DNA of 62,786 bases, the filler included, from Choristocarpus tenellus KU-1152 (lineage: Eukaryota; Protista; Phaeophyceae), in assembly GCA_964200185.2 (NCBI GenBank). It is 11 parts of 11 records of this genome, joined end to end, with 100 filler letters (N's around TTAATTAATTAA, not from the genome) between each part and the next. Parts side by side here need not be neighbours in the genome. Positions count along the whole stretch, not along the records: positions 50,316 to 54,602 come from CAXNAD020015279.1; positions 54,703 to 62,786 come from CAXNAD020005176.1; 9 more parts are not named here. The stretch is one strand, 5' to 3'. The notes below the pieces were generated by a model. The model did no database searches. It was not told the DNA's origin and worked only from the letters and a program-made list of their open reading frames with translations. Shown piece after piece: positions 50,386 through 62,786 of the stretch. Within the stretch, counting starts at the first letter, position 1; each line of letters begins with the position of its first letter. The translations under genes and the position numbers were made by a program.

Positions 50386-52163
50386 GTGGCTATCGACGTG
50401 GAGCTGCTGGGGTTCATCTACTTTTGGGATCTTGAGATCAACAGCATCACTGGAATAGGTGCAGGCTTAGTTAGCCCTAACCCTAATCCCCTCAACCCAC
50501 ATTGGTGTACATCTTTGAGGTTAAAGAGTTTTTCCCTGTTGTTTTGCTTTTCATTGCCTGCGATCTAGAAGCTCTACAACATGGAAGGCGTGCATACGGA
50601 TTGCTTCGTGCACATGTGATTCGTGTGAGAAGCTGTCGGATGCAGTGCTACTGTCAATTGAAGAGAGGTTGAGTGAATTTTTATATTCCTCTCCCACCCC
50701 ACCCTCCTCCTCATCTTTTGTCTGCCCTCTCCGCTATGCACTCGGTTCAATTCGGTGATCTGACCCTACAGAGCTGATCATGGCAGTGGGCCTTGTGGTA
50801 GACTACATGGTGCATGTCCTCCACTTTTTCCTGCACCAGGTATTGATCCTCTGAGTTACTGCCAATACTTCTGCCCCTTCTCTTATCTTCGAGGTTCTGC
50901 GTAGCTGAGTTGTAGCTATTGAATGGAGTCCCTGAAGCAAGTTGACATGCCCTCTTGACAGAGGATCCCTCCCCCGGCCCATGACCAGGCTTTGAGTACA
51001 CTTTGCAGTGTCATGTACTGAGGAGGGTTGCAGGTTTGATGATGGCAGTGTGATTTAGTTGGTTCTCTCATTGTTGTCCTCTCATTCCCCGTCCCTATCC
51101 TCCCTATGTATCCTCCCCCATCTCATAGAACCCGGCCCTGTCAAAGCATGACAGGATTGTATTGGCGCTAGGAGAGATTGGTCCCTCCGTCTTGCTTGGA
51201 GCAAGCACAACGTTCATTGGTATCATCCCAATGGCCTTTGCTTCCAACACCATCTTCAGAGTGTTCTTCCGCATGTTCCTGTGCATCATCACCTTTGGGG
51301 TAAGGGACGAGCTGATACGATTTTGCTGTCTAATCCCTTCAACCTTCCCGATTAGAGCGGGTTGTGATGTAGTTCTCAAGGCCCTTGCGGTTCATTCAAG
51401 TCTGCAAATCCCTTCATTCCTGCCTTACCCAATCTGGCATGCAGCCTGCTACCGTCAATTCCATGTTTGATGTACTCCACTCAGTGGGTCGATATGCACA
51501 CAACCTGTCCAGATTGCTCACTCTCTCCTACCTTCTCCCTCCTTTGATTCCCTTTGTTGTGCTCTACTCCTCAGGTATTCCACGGCCTTGTGTTTATCCC
51601 TGTGGCTATATCCATCTTACCTGACACAAACAAGGCCCCCAAGGAAATCAGTGCCAAGGTGTGCGGGCTTTGTTTCCCCCCACATGTTGCTCCTAACTTC
51701 AGAGTACCCCTTTGCTTCCAGGCATGCAAAGGCAATTGAATACAAGCTATCTTCACCATGTTGCTTGTCCTTTTTGACATTACTCTCCTGTGATGCCTCT
51801 GGCGTTGCCAGGGGCGGCTGTTGGCCTGTGTCAAGGAATGTAACAATTGTGGAAAGTAGCAGGTACTCTGAAGTATGTACACAGCAAATGCACACACTAA
51901 TCTACTTCGAATTGTGGTCAAGAAGGTGATGGTACGTCACTTGATGTAATCGTTCGTTTCTCTCTTTTTCTTTTGCTCCTGTTACGGTACTGAAGGCAAG
52001 TGAGAAAATTCCCCTACAGGGGACACAGCAAGGCACCTCTGTCCCTTCACAGCTCACATATGTTCAACCCGCCCTTACTAATACTTCTTCTTCTATGCAT
52101 CATGTGTTCGTGTTACATTAGCAGGTTGTGGAGGGAGAAGCCAATGGTACCGGTATAGCATGA
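50386..52163 (+). CDS. Patched/NPC1-family (sterol-sensing RND) membrane protein, C-terminal part; exons 50386-50458, 50772-50839, 51129-51299, 51575-51658, probable last exon 52125-52163
   Basis: LLGFIYFWDLEINSITGIELIMAVGLVVDYMVH (GxxVD), ALGEIGPSVLLGASTTFIG, IFRVFFRMF, FHGLVFIPV. Confidence 0.9.
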
Positions 52164-52703
52164 CAATATTAAATCAGCAGAGCAATGACATACTGCTCAA
52201 CTTCTTTCTCGGAATGAGACCTTTTTCAGCTCCAGTTTGCTTAGGAGAATATGGGTATATTTGATGAGATTGATCTCTGACTTTGATTATGCCGGAACAG
52301 AGGCTGTAAATAGTTCATGGTATTACAGTTAACCTGCTTCCCTTGCACCACAGTGCAGTTGAATATGTTGAACAGATAGTGTAGGTATTTTATTCTAATA
52401 TTAAAGATTTTGTACCCTTAAAAAAATTTCGATTGGGAGGTCGCTAGGCATACCTCCTTCCCTGCTCCCGGCACTGGCCGCATCCCAGTTTTCCTTGGCA
52501 TTGCTCGCCATGTTGCACATCCCCTGGAGAGCTCTTGTGTACTATCAGTTGTACTCCTAACTGTCTTTTATGGCAAGTTATTAGTATGCATTTCCTATCC
52601 TTCTCGCATCTTCCCCCTTTTTGTATTCATGTTGATTCTTTACAAAAATTTGACCGCAGACCTGGGACACCTCAGATTAATTGTGGGACGTGGAAGTGGA
52701 ATT

Positions 52704-52960
52704 GAGTGAAAGTATCTTAGAGAGTACGAATTTTTCCCTGTTTGTCCATTTGGGGCTTGGCTTCTCACGGGTCTTTAACGACATTTAACCTACTCAAAAA
52801 TGTTTCGGAGTAGGTTAAATGGGTATGATATGAAAAGGTGTGTCCGGAACAAGCATGTTGACATTTCTTAACAAACACGATAGCTAAGATTTCATCAAAA
52901 TCGCAACATTGGATTTTGGCCCCCAAGTGGACACGGCTCTACCCTCTAAGATACTGACTC
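52704..52960 (+). mobile_element. MITE family A copy
   Basis: TIRs; TSD ATT. Confidence 0.92.
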
Positions 52961-55087
52961 ATTAAGACTCATCACAATGTGGCCCTTGTTCTTGTTTCAA
53001 GTTGGACGTTTGGACTCGTCCAAGTTCATAAGCTTTTGTTTCTGCAACATTCACCCAATCCAGTCAGTGGTTATTTTGCCATATGTGCAACAGTTTCCAT
53101 TCTCCATCTTCACTTCCTTGAACTGCTTGCATCCACTCCACCCTTCGTTGTAAGAGTTAGCAATGATGCTTTGGATTTTACCACTGGTCTACCTATCTCT
53201 AGTGCACTTTGCATTATTGTCCTCACTATTCCTTTCTTCTATGGCCTCCTTTGACCAACAGCATCTTAATATATCCATGTACGAAGATGCTTTGCAGGCA
53301 TGATATGGGCAAGGTGGGCACAGTCAACTATGCCTCCACAATGTGTTTGAGGGGGTATATTAAAGCTTCCGTTATCTGTGCTAGAGGACGAAATCTTACC
53401 CGCTCAGTTCCTACTACTGGATGGCACTTTCTTCTGTGTTCTAATCAGCCATGATGTTGATAATCGATCTCCCTCCCACACTAAAAAGTTCCTTTGCGAG
53501 TGATATAACTGAACACACAATGTGGGATCGGCATATTGCCAAGACATTGGACGTCAATTCTCCTGTGTCTCGTAGCACCATTGCTCTTTCAAAGGACTTT
53601 TTTTGGTCGAATTTTCCTGAAATGCTGAATTGACTGACTCAGAGTTATTGCTGTGCTAGAGCTGTAGAATACTAGGTTTGTGCATGTACACGAGTATGTG
53701 GTTGGACATACACATCATGAGCGGTTCAATGACTTTAGGCAATAGGTAAACCAACCTGATTTATATCCTCCGTATACCCCAATTCCAAGTGCATGCTCCT
53801 CCCAAATATATGTCAAGTAACCCCAATGCATTCCATACAACTTACCGCAGGGCAACAATACACTCTCATCCCATGTTTCTTATTGCCCAACCAAGTCATT
53901 TCGTTGATCTCGAGTATATCCCCCATAACTTGAAAAAATGCATCAGTGCAAAAAAAAAAGAGGTTAATCATACCTCAGTAGTTGATGGAGGCTGTTCCTT
54001 ACATTATTGTTATTGGTTCGAACCCTATCAACACTAGACTCCTTTTCAGGTTTTTATGGAAACCAAGTTTTGATGGTCCAAAGTTCACCTGGTAAGTGCA
54101 GCTGATTGTAAACCCTTTTGGCTCTCCTATCTGTCCCCGTACCACAAAAACGTCGGACCAAGAGTAAGGTGGCAAGACTTCATTTCAAAGCAACGCCAAG
54201 AACAGCCTCTCAGCAAAATTGAGGATGGAGCACACTATGGAGGATGGGTTTGACACAAAATTGTCCTGGTAAAAGTGTCGATATGTTCTTTTTTTGTAAA
54301 TGTTGTGGCACTTTTTAAGAGCCCCTTTTTGAACGGGATATATATTTTGTTCAAAACTATTTCGGTGCTTGTGGAGGGCACTGCTACGATTTGGAAGCGA
54401 CCTCGAACAAGCCAAAGGTATAAGGACAGATGGACCCTCCCGGGGGGGAGCTGGTAACGGTTTTGGTATTCTTATATGTATGGTACACTACAGATTGTAT
54501 TATACAATGCATACATACGTCTTGTTCTACTAGTTATAAATATCTGTTCGAGTGTTAACCAAGTCGACAAAGAAGAATGAACAGATGTTTCACTCTATAC
54601 ATNNNNNNNNNNNNNNNNNNNNNNNNNNNNNNNNNNNNNNNNNNNNTTAATTAATTAANNNNNNNNNNNNNNNNNNNNNNNNNNNNNNNNNNNNNNNNNN
54701 NNAATTAACAAAATTTTCTACCCCCACAAAGGAAGAAACCCGGTATAAAACCCTCCCCCCCCCCCCATCTATTAAAGGTATATATTCCAATATACTACCG
54801 AAGAGCCAAGGTAATTCAGAAGTAGGAAATGTTGCATTTTAAGGATTCCGAGTGGTGGAAATAGGACACCACTTGTACAATTCCAAAAAGAGTCTTTGCC
54901 GTACGGTGGTGTCAGTGTGTGCTAGGAAAAGGGGAAAAAAAAATTGCGTACACTGTCGTGGACATACAGCAATGTAATACAGTTTATTGCATAAGGTAAG
55001 ACTGATGTTCTAGAATGCAGAAGAAGGGCCCAGACCTGCCTACCTCTCCATCTCTTTGTTTCAGAAGTGTAAACTATATGGACATAC

Positions 55088-58000
55088 CTTTCTTTCATCT
55101 TGCCACCGGTATATTGACCGAAGATCTGATGAGGTAGGCGGGTTCCAGCTTTCGACACGGCCAGTGATGCTGCAGATACCACCTTCATTTATCGCATGCT
55201 CTGAATTTTGGTCCCTTCCTCCACTGTCACCTGCATCCCACTTTACAGCCTGACCCCTGGCAGCATTGTTGAGAAATTTCTTCCCCTTGGCCCCATCCTC
55301 ATTACGATTCTTGTCTAGATTTGTGGCGAGTGTTGGGTTGACTCCTTCTCCTTTCTCGTTCTCTGAATCCCAAAGAGGAGCATGTCTGGCAGACTCAGAT
55401 TTAGCAAGGGGAAGCAAGCATCGTGTTGTAGGGCAAACACCTCTGTTTTAGACAGGAAGAGGGTGGGGAATGGTGTGGTGAAAGTGCAAAAGAAAATAGA
55501 GAAGGTCTCTATTGCGGTAATGCCCTTTTGATCCTTGCTGTTCCCATGTCCTGCCAGTAATAGCACTTCTTTCGTCACTGCAATGATATCCCCACTTCCA
55601 GCTCTTCAATGTCTTAGTTTGGTTTCTTAAGTTATGTACAACGCTTCTTGATTACACTTTCCTGCCCTTCCCCAGTTCAATCCTCTCCAAATCACTGGAG
55701 TCATCCTGTCCACCTTGGAGGATACTCGGCTCTCATTTGGTATTGCAATTTGCCGTTCTGGTCATCATAGTGGTGTAGGTGTCTGTGTATGCATAATATG
55801 CTAAACAGAATGGTTCATTCTGCAACCCATGACATCAATTTGCCAAGGAAGACCACCAGGTGGAGTTTATCATAAATTTGTTAGAGTGAAAGTATCTCAA
55901 AAGGTACGTGTTTTGCCCTGTTTGAGGCTTGGCTTCCCATGTTTTTTTTTATTTTGCTACACCGAAATGTTGCAGAGTAGGTAAAATGTATGCATTATGG
56001 AAAGGTGTGTCTGGAACAAGGGTATTGACACTTCCTAACAAACACAATAGCCAAAATTTACATCAAAATAGCAACAATGGAGTTTGCCTGCATACGGATA
56101 CGGCTCTACCCTCCAAGATACTTTGACTCTTTTCTCTCTACCTTACAAGCTCTCCTCATTACCATAACCGCCGTCACCCCCAACCCCTACATATTGGCTG
56201 GCCATCACCTGTTGCGATGTATGTTGTTGTGATGGCCAATTCGTGCTTCAAGGTCCTCTTTCCACTCAACCAATCTTCGAGCTTCTTCTGCTGCCTCCTC
56301 TTTATTGGCTTGCTCATGACCCTGGAAGGGTTTTTGTGTAAGAAGTTGTTTTAGGACATGTATATATGTACATGTCACAGTCTTTGACTGTGTGCATGTG
56401 TATGTTCTGGGGGTTTATGAAGCCATCTTTTCAACAGAGTAAGTCACATTGAATAGTTGTGCTTAAAATGAGGGTGGAATAGGTACTGCGATATCACTAC
56501 AGTGGTGTACATTGTGGGAGAGAAAAGAGGTCTTAGAGGAGTGATTTGAAGGTGTGGAATGCACCTATGATAAGTCGAAATTCTATTTTTATAGAAATTG
56601 CAGGCGATTCTCACTAGTGACAGACATACTTTCAGCATTATATCCAGACACATTTGCTCACAAATGCACTAGAAGATTTACCCAATAGTAAAGTAATTTA
56701 TTCGGAAATATTTGTACTGCTGCCAAGATTATATAAACTGAAGCGCATTAGAACCTTGGATTCTTACTCACTGTACTCTCTTCCTGTTGACTTCCCGCAT
56801 ACCCTGGAGAAGTGGAGGCACCTATGTTGATACCTTCTTCAGCAACTACTGGAGAAGTCTTCTTTTGAGGCAACTGACTGGACTCATGCAGCTCCTCCTT
56901 CCTTGTGACGTCTGCTCCAGGACTATTTACAAAAGGATGACTAATGCTGATTGTATCAGGTTGGAGGCTACTCTCTGTAGGGGAAGACTCCATAGTCAAG
57001 GACTGCGGTGAAACCTCCCTCTTCATTCGAACAGGTGGATTAAGGGTTAGACCCCAACGAGAGGCCAGGTATGCTGCCACTTCCTGATACTGGAAGTCGC
57101 TGAGAGGCTTGTCAAACACAAGCACCTTTGCTTATGTTGCAATCAATCAATGCCAATTGCCCCCCCATCCGGAGATTATATAGAGGTGTAGGGGTGCATG
57201 ATGTGCTTTAGTGTGGGTATCAAAATGTTGAAAAAATGAAATTAATGGGCATGTGGATAGAATTGGAAGAATACAAGGAAGGTAGAACAAGAAAAGTTGC
57301 TTTTTACATGTGGAGGAATATTCGTTTTCTCTTCTTTGGAAGTAATAATACCTACAAGTGTCATATTCAGGTCTTTCGAACTTGGCACAGAGATTGAGAA
57401 GATGCCCATCTAAAGCCGAATCAAGGTAGGGCTTGTTTACCTTCAATGACATCAAACTTATGATCAAAAGTATCTCAAATGATGAGTTGATGATTCTTAA
57501 AAAAGTAATAAACAAGGAACAACTGCACTATGTTCAAGAGTATATTGACAGTTGAGATGCTGTTCTCTGAATCCTTGGAAGTGTTTCAGAAACAAATGTG
57601 TCTCTCCATCTAGAACTCCACCTTTACGAGTCAAAACCAGCTACACCAACTCAACAAGAACACGGTAGGATTTTGAGGTTTTCGTGATAACAAGGAGAGA
57701 AGTTAGGAGGGGGACTAGTGAAGGGACTGGAATGGACTCCCTACCTCGCCAATACCTCCAGCAAACCCGCAGCTGCCCGGTTCAACTCCACCCAGACATA
57801 ATGGGGCACTATCACTGAACTCAGAGATGCCACTGGCAGCCTCTATAGTTGTTCCACGCTTACTCAGTGCAGTGATCCAGTCTCCTCCGGCAAGGGCTAC
57901 CTAAGATAGTAGCCAGAAACAATTCCGTGGTAGGCTAAGCCAAGAGTGTACTGTGGAGGAATGTACTTGTTTTGGCATTCAAAACCTTGAAGGGCTATAT

Positions 58001-61000
58001 ACTTGAAGCATCAGTAAGGTATCTCTAGGGGGTTTACAACCCTTTCTAATATTTTCTGGGCTACAGTGTAGTGCTGAGTTTGGGCCATAATAGGTAGAAA
58101 AGAGAAAGCTAGAGTGAAATTGCATTTGTGTGTGATTTACAAGAATCCTCAGTTCCACTAGAAACTCACTATTGTTATCTTCTTAAGAGAAAAACTTTGA
58201 AAAAGATACAGGCGGGTCCATCAACTTCTTGATGACCGCAACAAAGCTCCTTAGTCTGAGTTCCAGCAGTATTACAAACCTACCCACAAACTGACTCACC
58301 CAAAGTTTGCTTAAGGCTAACTGCTGTGTTCCGAAATCTGTTGCAGCTGGAAGCACCTCAACGTGCCCCATGTTTTCAAGGAGCCATGATCCAAGGGTAT
58401 CAAAAGATAACTGACAGGCTTTATCAGTTGTCCAAGCCCCAAAGAGGCCCTTACAAGTGGATATAAATAACTGCCTGCTATGGTGTGTAAGGATTTATCT
58501 CGTAGATGTAATAGAATCGTTGCATTGCAGCTCTATGGTCAACTTGACTCCCACATTTCCACTTGACTCTGATGTCTGACCTGCACTCCTCCGTCGATCT
58601 TGTAGGACAAAAGCTGCAGCTTTCCCTCTGCTAGTACTGCTTCCTCACTTTCTGAAGTGAAATCTCCTGACCTGTTTGGGCAGTAGAAATTGACTTGCAA
58701 TGAATTTGTGACAAAATAGAAAATATCGCAAGATGGATGATGATAAAGTGGGGAGTTTCAATTGCAGCTCATATTAACAATACTCAGTTCCAATTGAGAC
58801 ACATCTTGCACTGATATACATCATGTCCGATATCATGTTTAGGTAATAGCTAAACCCTCTTGGCCTGTCGCTTTGTTTGTTGACTGAACAAGAATTAGTC
58901 TTGTATATATTTTTTCAAGATTTATTTTGCAATTTGTTACTAGGAGCCTGGGGGGTGTATGCCAGACTCTTAAAAGATGGACATCAGTGATGTGATCCTG
59001 TGATGCAATACAACTCGACAAATACACCATTTAGACAAGGTGTGAGGATACACGCAGATGATGACACAGTTTGTTTTATCTGTGTTACTTTGACCTGACG
59101 ATCATGAGAACTTCCACAGGATGAACGAGGGCGTGGGTTGGTGATAGCGGTGAGGGTTGGACATATTCAGATCCTCCAAAAAAAAGATGATTGGGCAACT
59201 CTATTGGCCTGCCTTAACCAATCAACCTAATCTATATCCTTCCTTTGCGATGTTAGTACATACTAGTCGATCTCTAGCTGACATCAACTCTCTCCTAATT
59301 GATAAATTTGGACTATGTATCGGATGTCACAGGTGCCCAGCCAAGAAACGATCCTTGTAAACCTTAGATTGCCCTGGTTGCATTTATTAGTGTTTTAATT
59401 TCTCCAATTGTCTCCTGCTAAAGCATTTTGTGAATGGTGCTGCAGAAAAGGAAGAGAAGCGATAGAGCTCAATAGACAGATTTGCTGTGTACATTTGAAC
59501 ATGTTCTACGAAGTCTATGTCCCTAGAAAATAGAAATATTGGCATACGATACCTTTTTTTTCGGGCTATATGTGACTGATTCATGTTCTGATTCTTGACT
59601 TGACACCAGGCAGGAGGTACATGCACGTAGATATAGCAGTTGCCATATCTGAATAGTTGATATAAGCCGAGCTTCCACATATATATAGAACTATAGAGCT
59701 TTATGTAGCAAGCCTTGATTTTTGATATTTGAAATATTGAATTTTATTGCTGTGTATTGCTCTATGGTGTACATCTCTGGAAACATTAAATTCCTATTGC
59801 AACCACTACACCAATGATTAGAGAGTAGCTCCTTGATATCAAATCAAAAATCAGTGCACAAACCAGCCAGGTATAGCCCCCAAAAAATGTTCCCGTATAC
59901 CTGTATTTGCAACTATTTGGGGAAAAGGTTTTCTTAACCATAGGAGGCGACCTTTGGGGACCACAGTGTGATAGTGTTGTATAGAGGGGATAGGGGAATT
60001 TCAAGATGAATTCTTCTCTTGGCTCAAATGCAAAAATGTGAATTTTCGTGACATGTCTGTCCCCTACTCCAGACTATTTTGTTCTTATATTTTGTCCCTA
60101 TGGTTCAGTATTTCATAGCTTCATGTTCAGCGTGCATCCCCGTCTTATATTTCAATATTCCATTACCAGAACAGGAGCAAGGAAATACTGAGTACTGGAG
60201 CAGCACTAGAGCTCTCTGTGCTTAACCTCTAGGGGGCTCTCTCTGAACAAGATTTCAAGCAGGAGCATCTTACTGGGGGCAGTATACCATTCCACTCGCC
60301 TGTGTGTGAGAAGAGTTAGAACCAAGAAAAACCTGGCGGCACTAAAAGGAAAAGCTTGAGATTATTATCAACCAATCAGTTCAGGATTCCGACCGTGTGG
60401 CACAAGCCTTTACATTTTGCATGTTGATAAAAGAGTAAAAGTAAATGAGAGGTACCCAGAGTTACAGTTCAACGATGCTGGAAAATAGGTGTAAATATGT
60501 CTTCTTCAAATGTATGATGGATATTTTCTGACTTGAGTAAAAAAGATTCGAACAATACAGATCTCAACGCTCTTGAGTCACTCTTAGGTTGTCATCCATA
60601 GAAATAAGGAGGAAATACAAAATACTGAAAAACTGGATGCAAAACAAAAATAACGTCCAATAACTGGATTCCTCTCGATTATTTTGACTCTAAGTCATGC
60701 AGTGTACAATCAATAGGGAGAGGAGGGCACATGTTCAGAAACTTCAACTCTTGTTTGAACGAGTCAATATTTGTTGCAATGTTCAGCCTTTCTGATCCTT
60801 AGCCCAATCTAATCGATGCTCTATACTTGGACTCTCATCATCAACGCAATCTAAGTATCAATTCCAACAACCCACTGACAAATAGACTGTGCTATATACT
60901 CACCTGAGGTGGAGGCTAGGGTGACCGTCCAATAGGCGCATCTGCCCGTTGGGATACGTCCCGAAGAACCGTTGCCCTGGGTGATGCACCCCTTGACCCA

Positions 61001-62719
61001 AGAAAGCAGGCTTCATTACGAAAAAGAGAGTCATTCCGTCTCCCAAGGTCATTCTACACAGAAAAATGATAATCAAGAGGAGCAAAAAGGTAAAATAATA
61101 GGATGAAACGAGACTTGAAGGAGAGGAGGGGAACCTACAAGGAGGGAGATCCCACGTATTTTTTTTTTCAGTTATCTCATGCTAGGACTGAGCCCTAGTG
61201 ACAGACTGTGGTGAATGTCTTGTTGTCAAGTACTTTACTACTTGTGTGATGGAGCAGAGTGGAAGGGCAATGATGTCTTTACAGATCAAACCTGGGCCAA
61301 GATTGGAGTTTGGGATGGATTTATTGGATAACAGGGGTATTGAAGGCATGTTGAGAAGTCCTCTCCTGTGGGGTAGTTCATACCAATGGGCAATGAAGAA
61401 GCAGCCATGTGTAAATGTTAGGAATAGGTTGGGGGGAAGAATTAACTGAACAACCAGTGCAAGATTAATTTGCAATGGGTGGCTCGCTCATACCACAGTG
61501 AGGTGAACTAGCTGATAGACTTATTCAAAACTCACTACTACATTGTACTTTAGGTTGATCTTACTCTGCCGTTTCATAGGTAGACAACAAAGCCTTTTAT
61601 CAGGAACAAATTGGCATTGAGAAATGGCAGAGGTGAGGTACATTCCAGATTTTTTGTGTTGGCTTTGGTACTACTCTTAATTACTCAACAGCTACCTTGT
61701 AGTGAGACTGTTCTAGTACTTTGTCTGTGCCTATTTACCCAGCTGGCTCTCTACAGACCACTGTTGGTCAAATGCCAGAACCACTACTCTAGGGTACAAA
61801 GTATTGGGGAAAGTTGTGACATTCCTGGGTTTGGTACCTTTTTAGGTGTGAAGAAGAGAGCTCTATATATGAATAAGGTTCTTTGTACCCATTGCTGTGC
61901 TTTCAACAGCCGATGATATCTCAGGCGTTCCTCACATGCTCTTGCCAAATTTACTAAATAAAGAAGGGGGGGAGATAAAATTAGGGGGCTGGATCGCACC
62001 CGTTTGATGCTGTCATCACACATGGAAAATGGACAAGAGGAAGTGTCCTACCCCCCGGCATAACCTTGTGGGTTTGAACCAAAGGACTCCAATCAAGTAT
62101 AGGTCCACCAATCTCTCCTGCTTTTAGTCCTGGAGGAAAGGGAGAATTTCCGATCTCTTCCTCGAAATCTGTTTCAGGTGTGTATGCGCGCGCGCGCGTG
62201 CGTATCTATGCATTAGATCAAGTTTCTTGGGTCGATGAGGGTGAGACAGCTTTAATCATTTTGAAGCTTAGGAGAGAAGGGAACCACGGAATTGGATGAT
62301 ACTGTTGTGCTTCTACCAACCCTCCCCCAAAAAAGCCACTCGGAAGCTTTCCAACTGCGATATTGCTCCTTGGTGTGGTGTGGTGTTGTGAGCTACTGAC
62401 TCCTAAGTTGTATTTTGACTCTTTGGTCTAATGATCAATGCATGTACTTAATAGTATTCAATGCTGATACGAAACACATGGAAAACGCCATCTAATGTCC
62501 CCACCACAAAACACAGGTTGTAATGTTTTTTTTTGGCTTGGGTCACCTTTAAGGTCCTCTTGCCATGCTTTCCATGAAGTTGTGGAAGCTTCCAATCCAA
62601 GTGCTTCGAAGTCATTACCACTGCCGGACTGGTCTGTCCACTTAGACAAGGTTCCCTTTGTTCTATGTTGCTCAACTCCACGATCAGATCTAAGCCATAA
62701 GGACAACCTTGATGCCAGT
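55088..62719 (-). CDS. LamG/concanavalin-A-like jelly-roll domain protein, partial; exons approx. 62547-62719, 62052-62129, 60904-61053, 58581-58671, 57745-57900, 56772-57125, 56209-56321, 55088-55442
   Basis: LSLWLRSDRGV...LSKWTDQSGSGND, MTLFFVMK, LGG...FAGGIGE|VLVFDKPLS...VAAYLASRWGL follow the LWL.AD / W.D.SG.GN / F.G.I.EV..Y...LS...V..YL..KWG pattern; one small exon probably missed between 62052 and 61053. Confidence 0.7.
55884..56129 (+). mobile_element. MITE family A copy (intronic)
   Basis: Both TIRs, small internal deletions, flanks TTA/TTT. Confidence 0.88.
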
Positions 62720-62786
62720 CTGCAAAGCAAGAGAGTTCAACAGTTCAACAGTTTAACAGGGAGTACGGGGAGGGCCAAGAGAAACC

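Noticed and set aside
52979-54500. Cluster of short ORFs on both strands
   Set aside because: No motifs recognised; likely decayed repeat DNA.

Overview
This is eukaryotic DNA, most likely from a stramenopile alga (inferred from the spliceosomal gene structure, the protein families and TTAGGG-like motifs). The window is not contiguous. It consists of 11 contigs joined by artificial N44-TTAATTAATTAA-N44-type six-frame-stop linkers, so adjacency across linkers is meaningless. Recognisable intron-containing genes, mostly partial: a GH81 beta-1,3-glucanase exon, a DUF676 lipase-like gene, a GLUT-like sugar porter, a WW+RING protein, a two-domain cytidine-deaminase-like gene, a Thr-rich mucin-like protein, a small protein with a UVR-like C-terminus, a Patched/NPC1-type membrane protein and a LamG/ConA-like domain protein. 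Between them lie many decayed transposons: Copia RT/RNase H, Gypsy protease, gag, integrase/chromodomain, LTRs, an IS630/Tc1-type DDE fragment and a foldback element. The most striking signal is about 20 copies of four distinct MITE families (A-D). They share a G(A/G)NNCAAA-type terminus and a bipartite, asymmetric end design: an inner T(C/G)CATT box starts about 31 bp from one end and about 41-44 bp from the other, roughly one helical turn apart and reminiscent of the 12/23 rule. Target duplications are 3 or 4 bp, two of them confirmed by empty-site paralogues within the window. All calls come from reading the sequence by eye; no searches were run.
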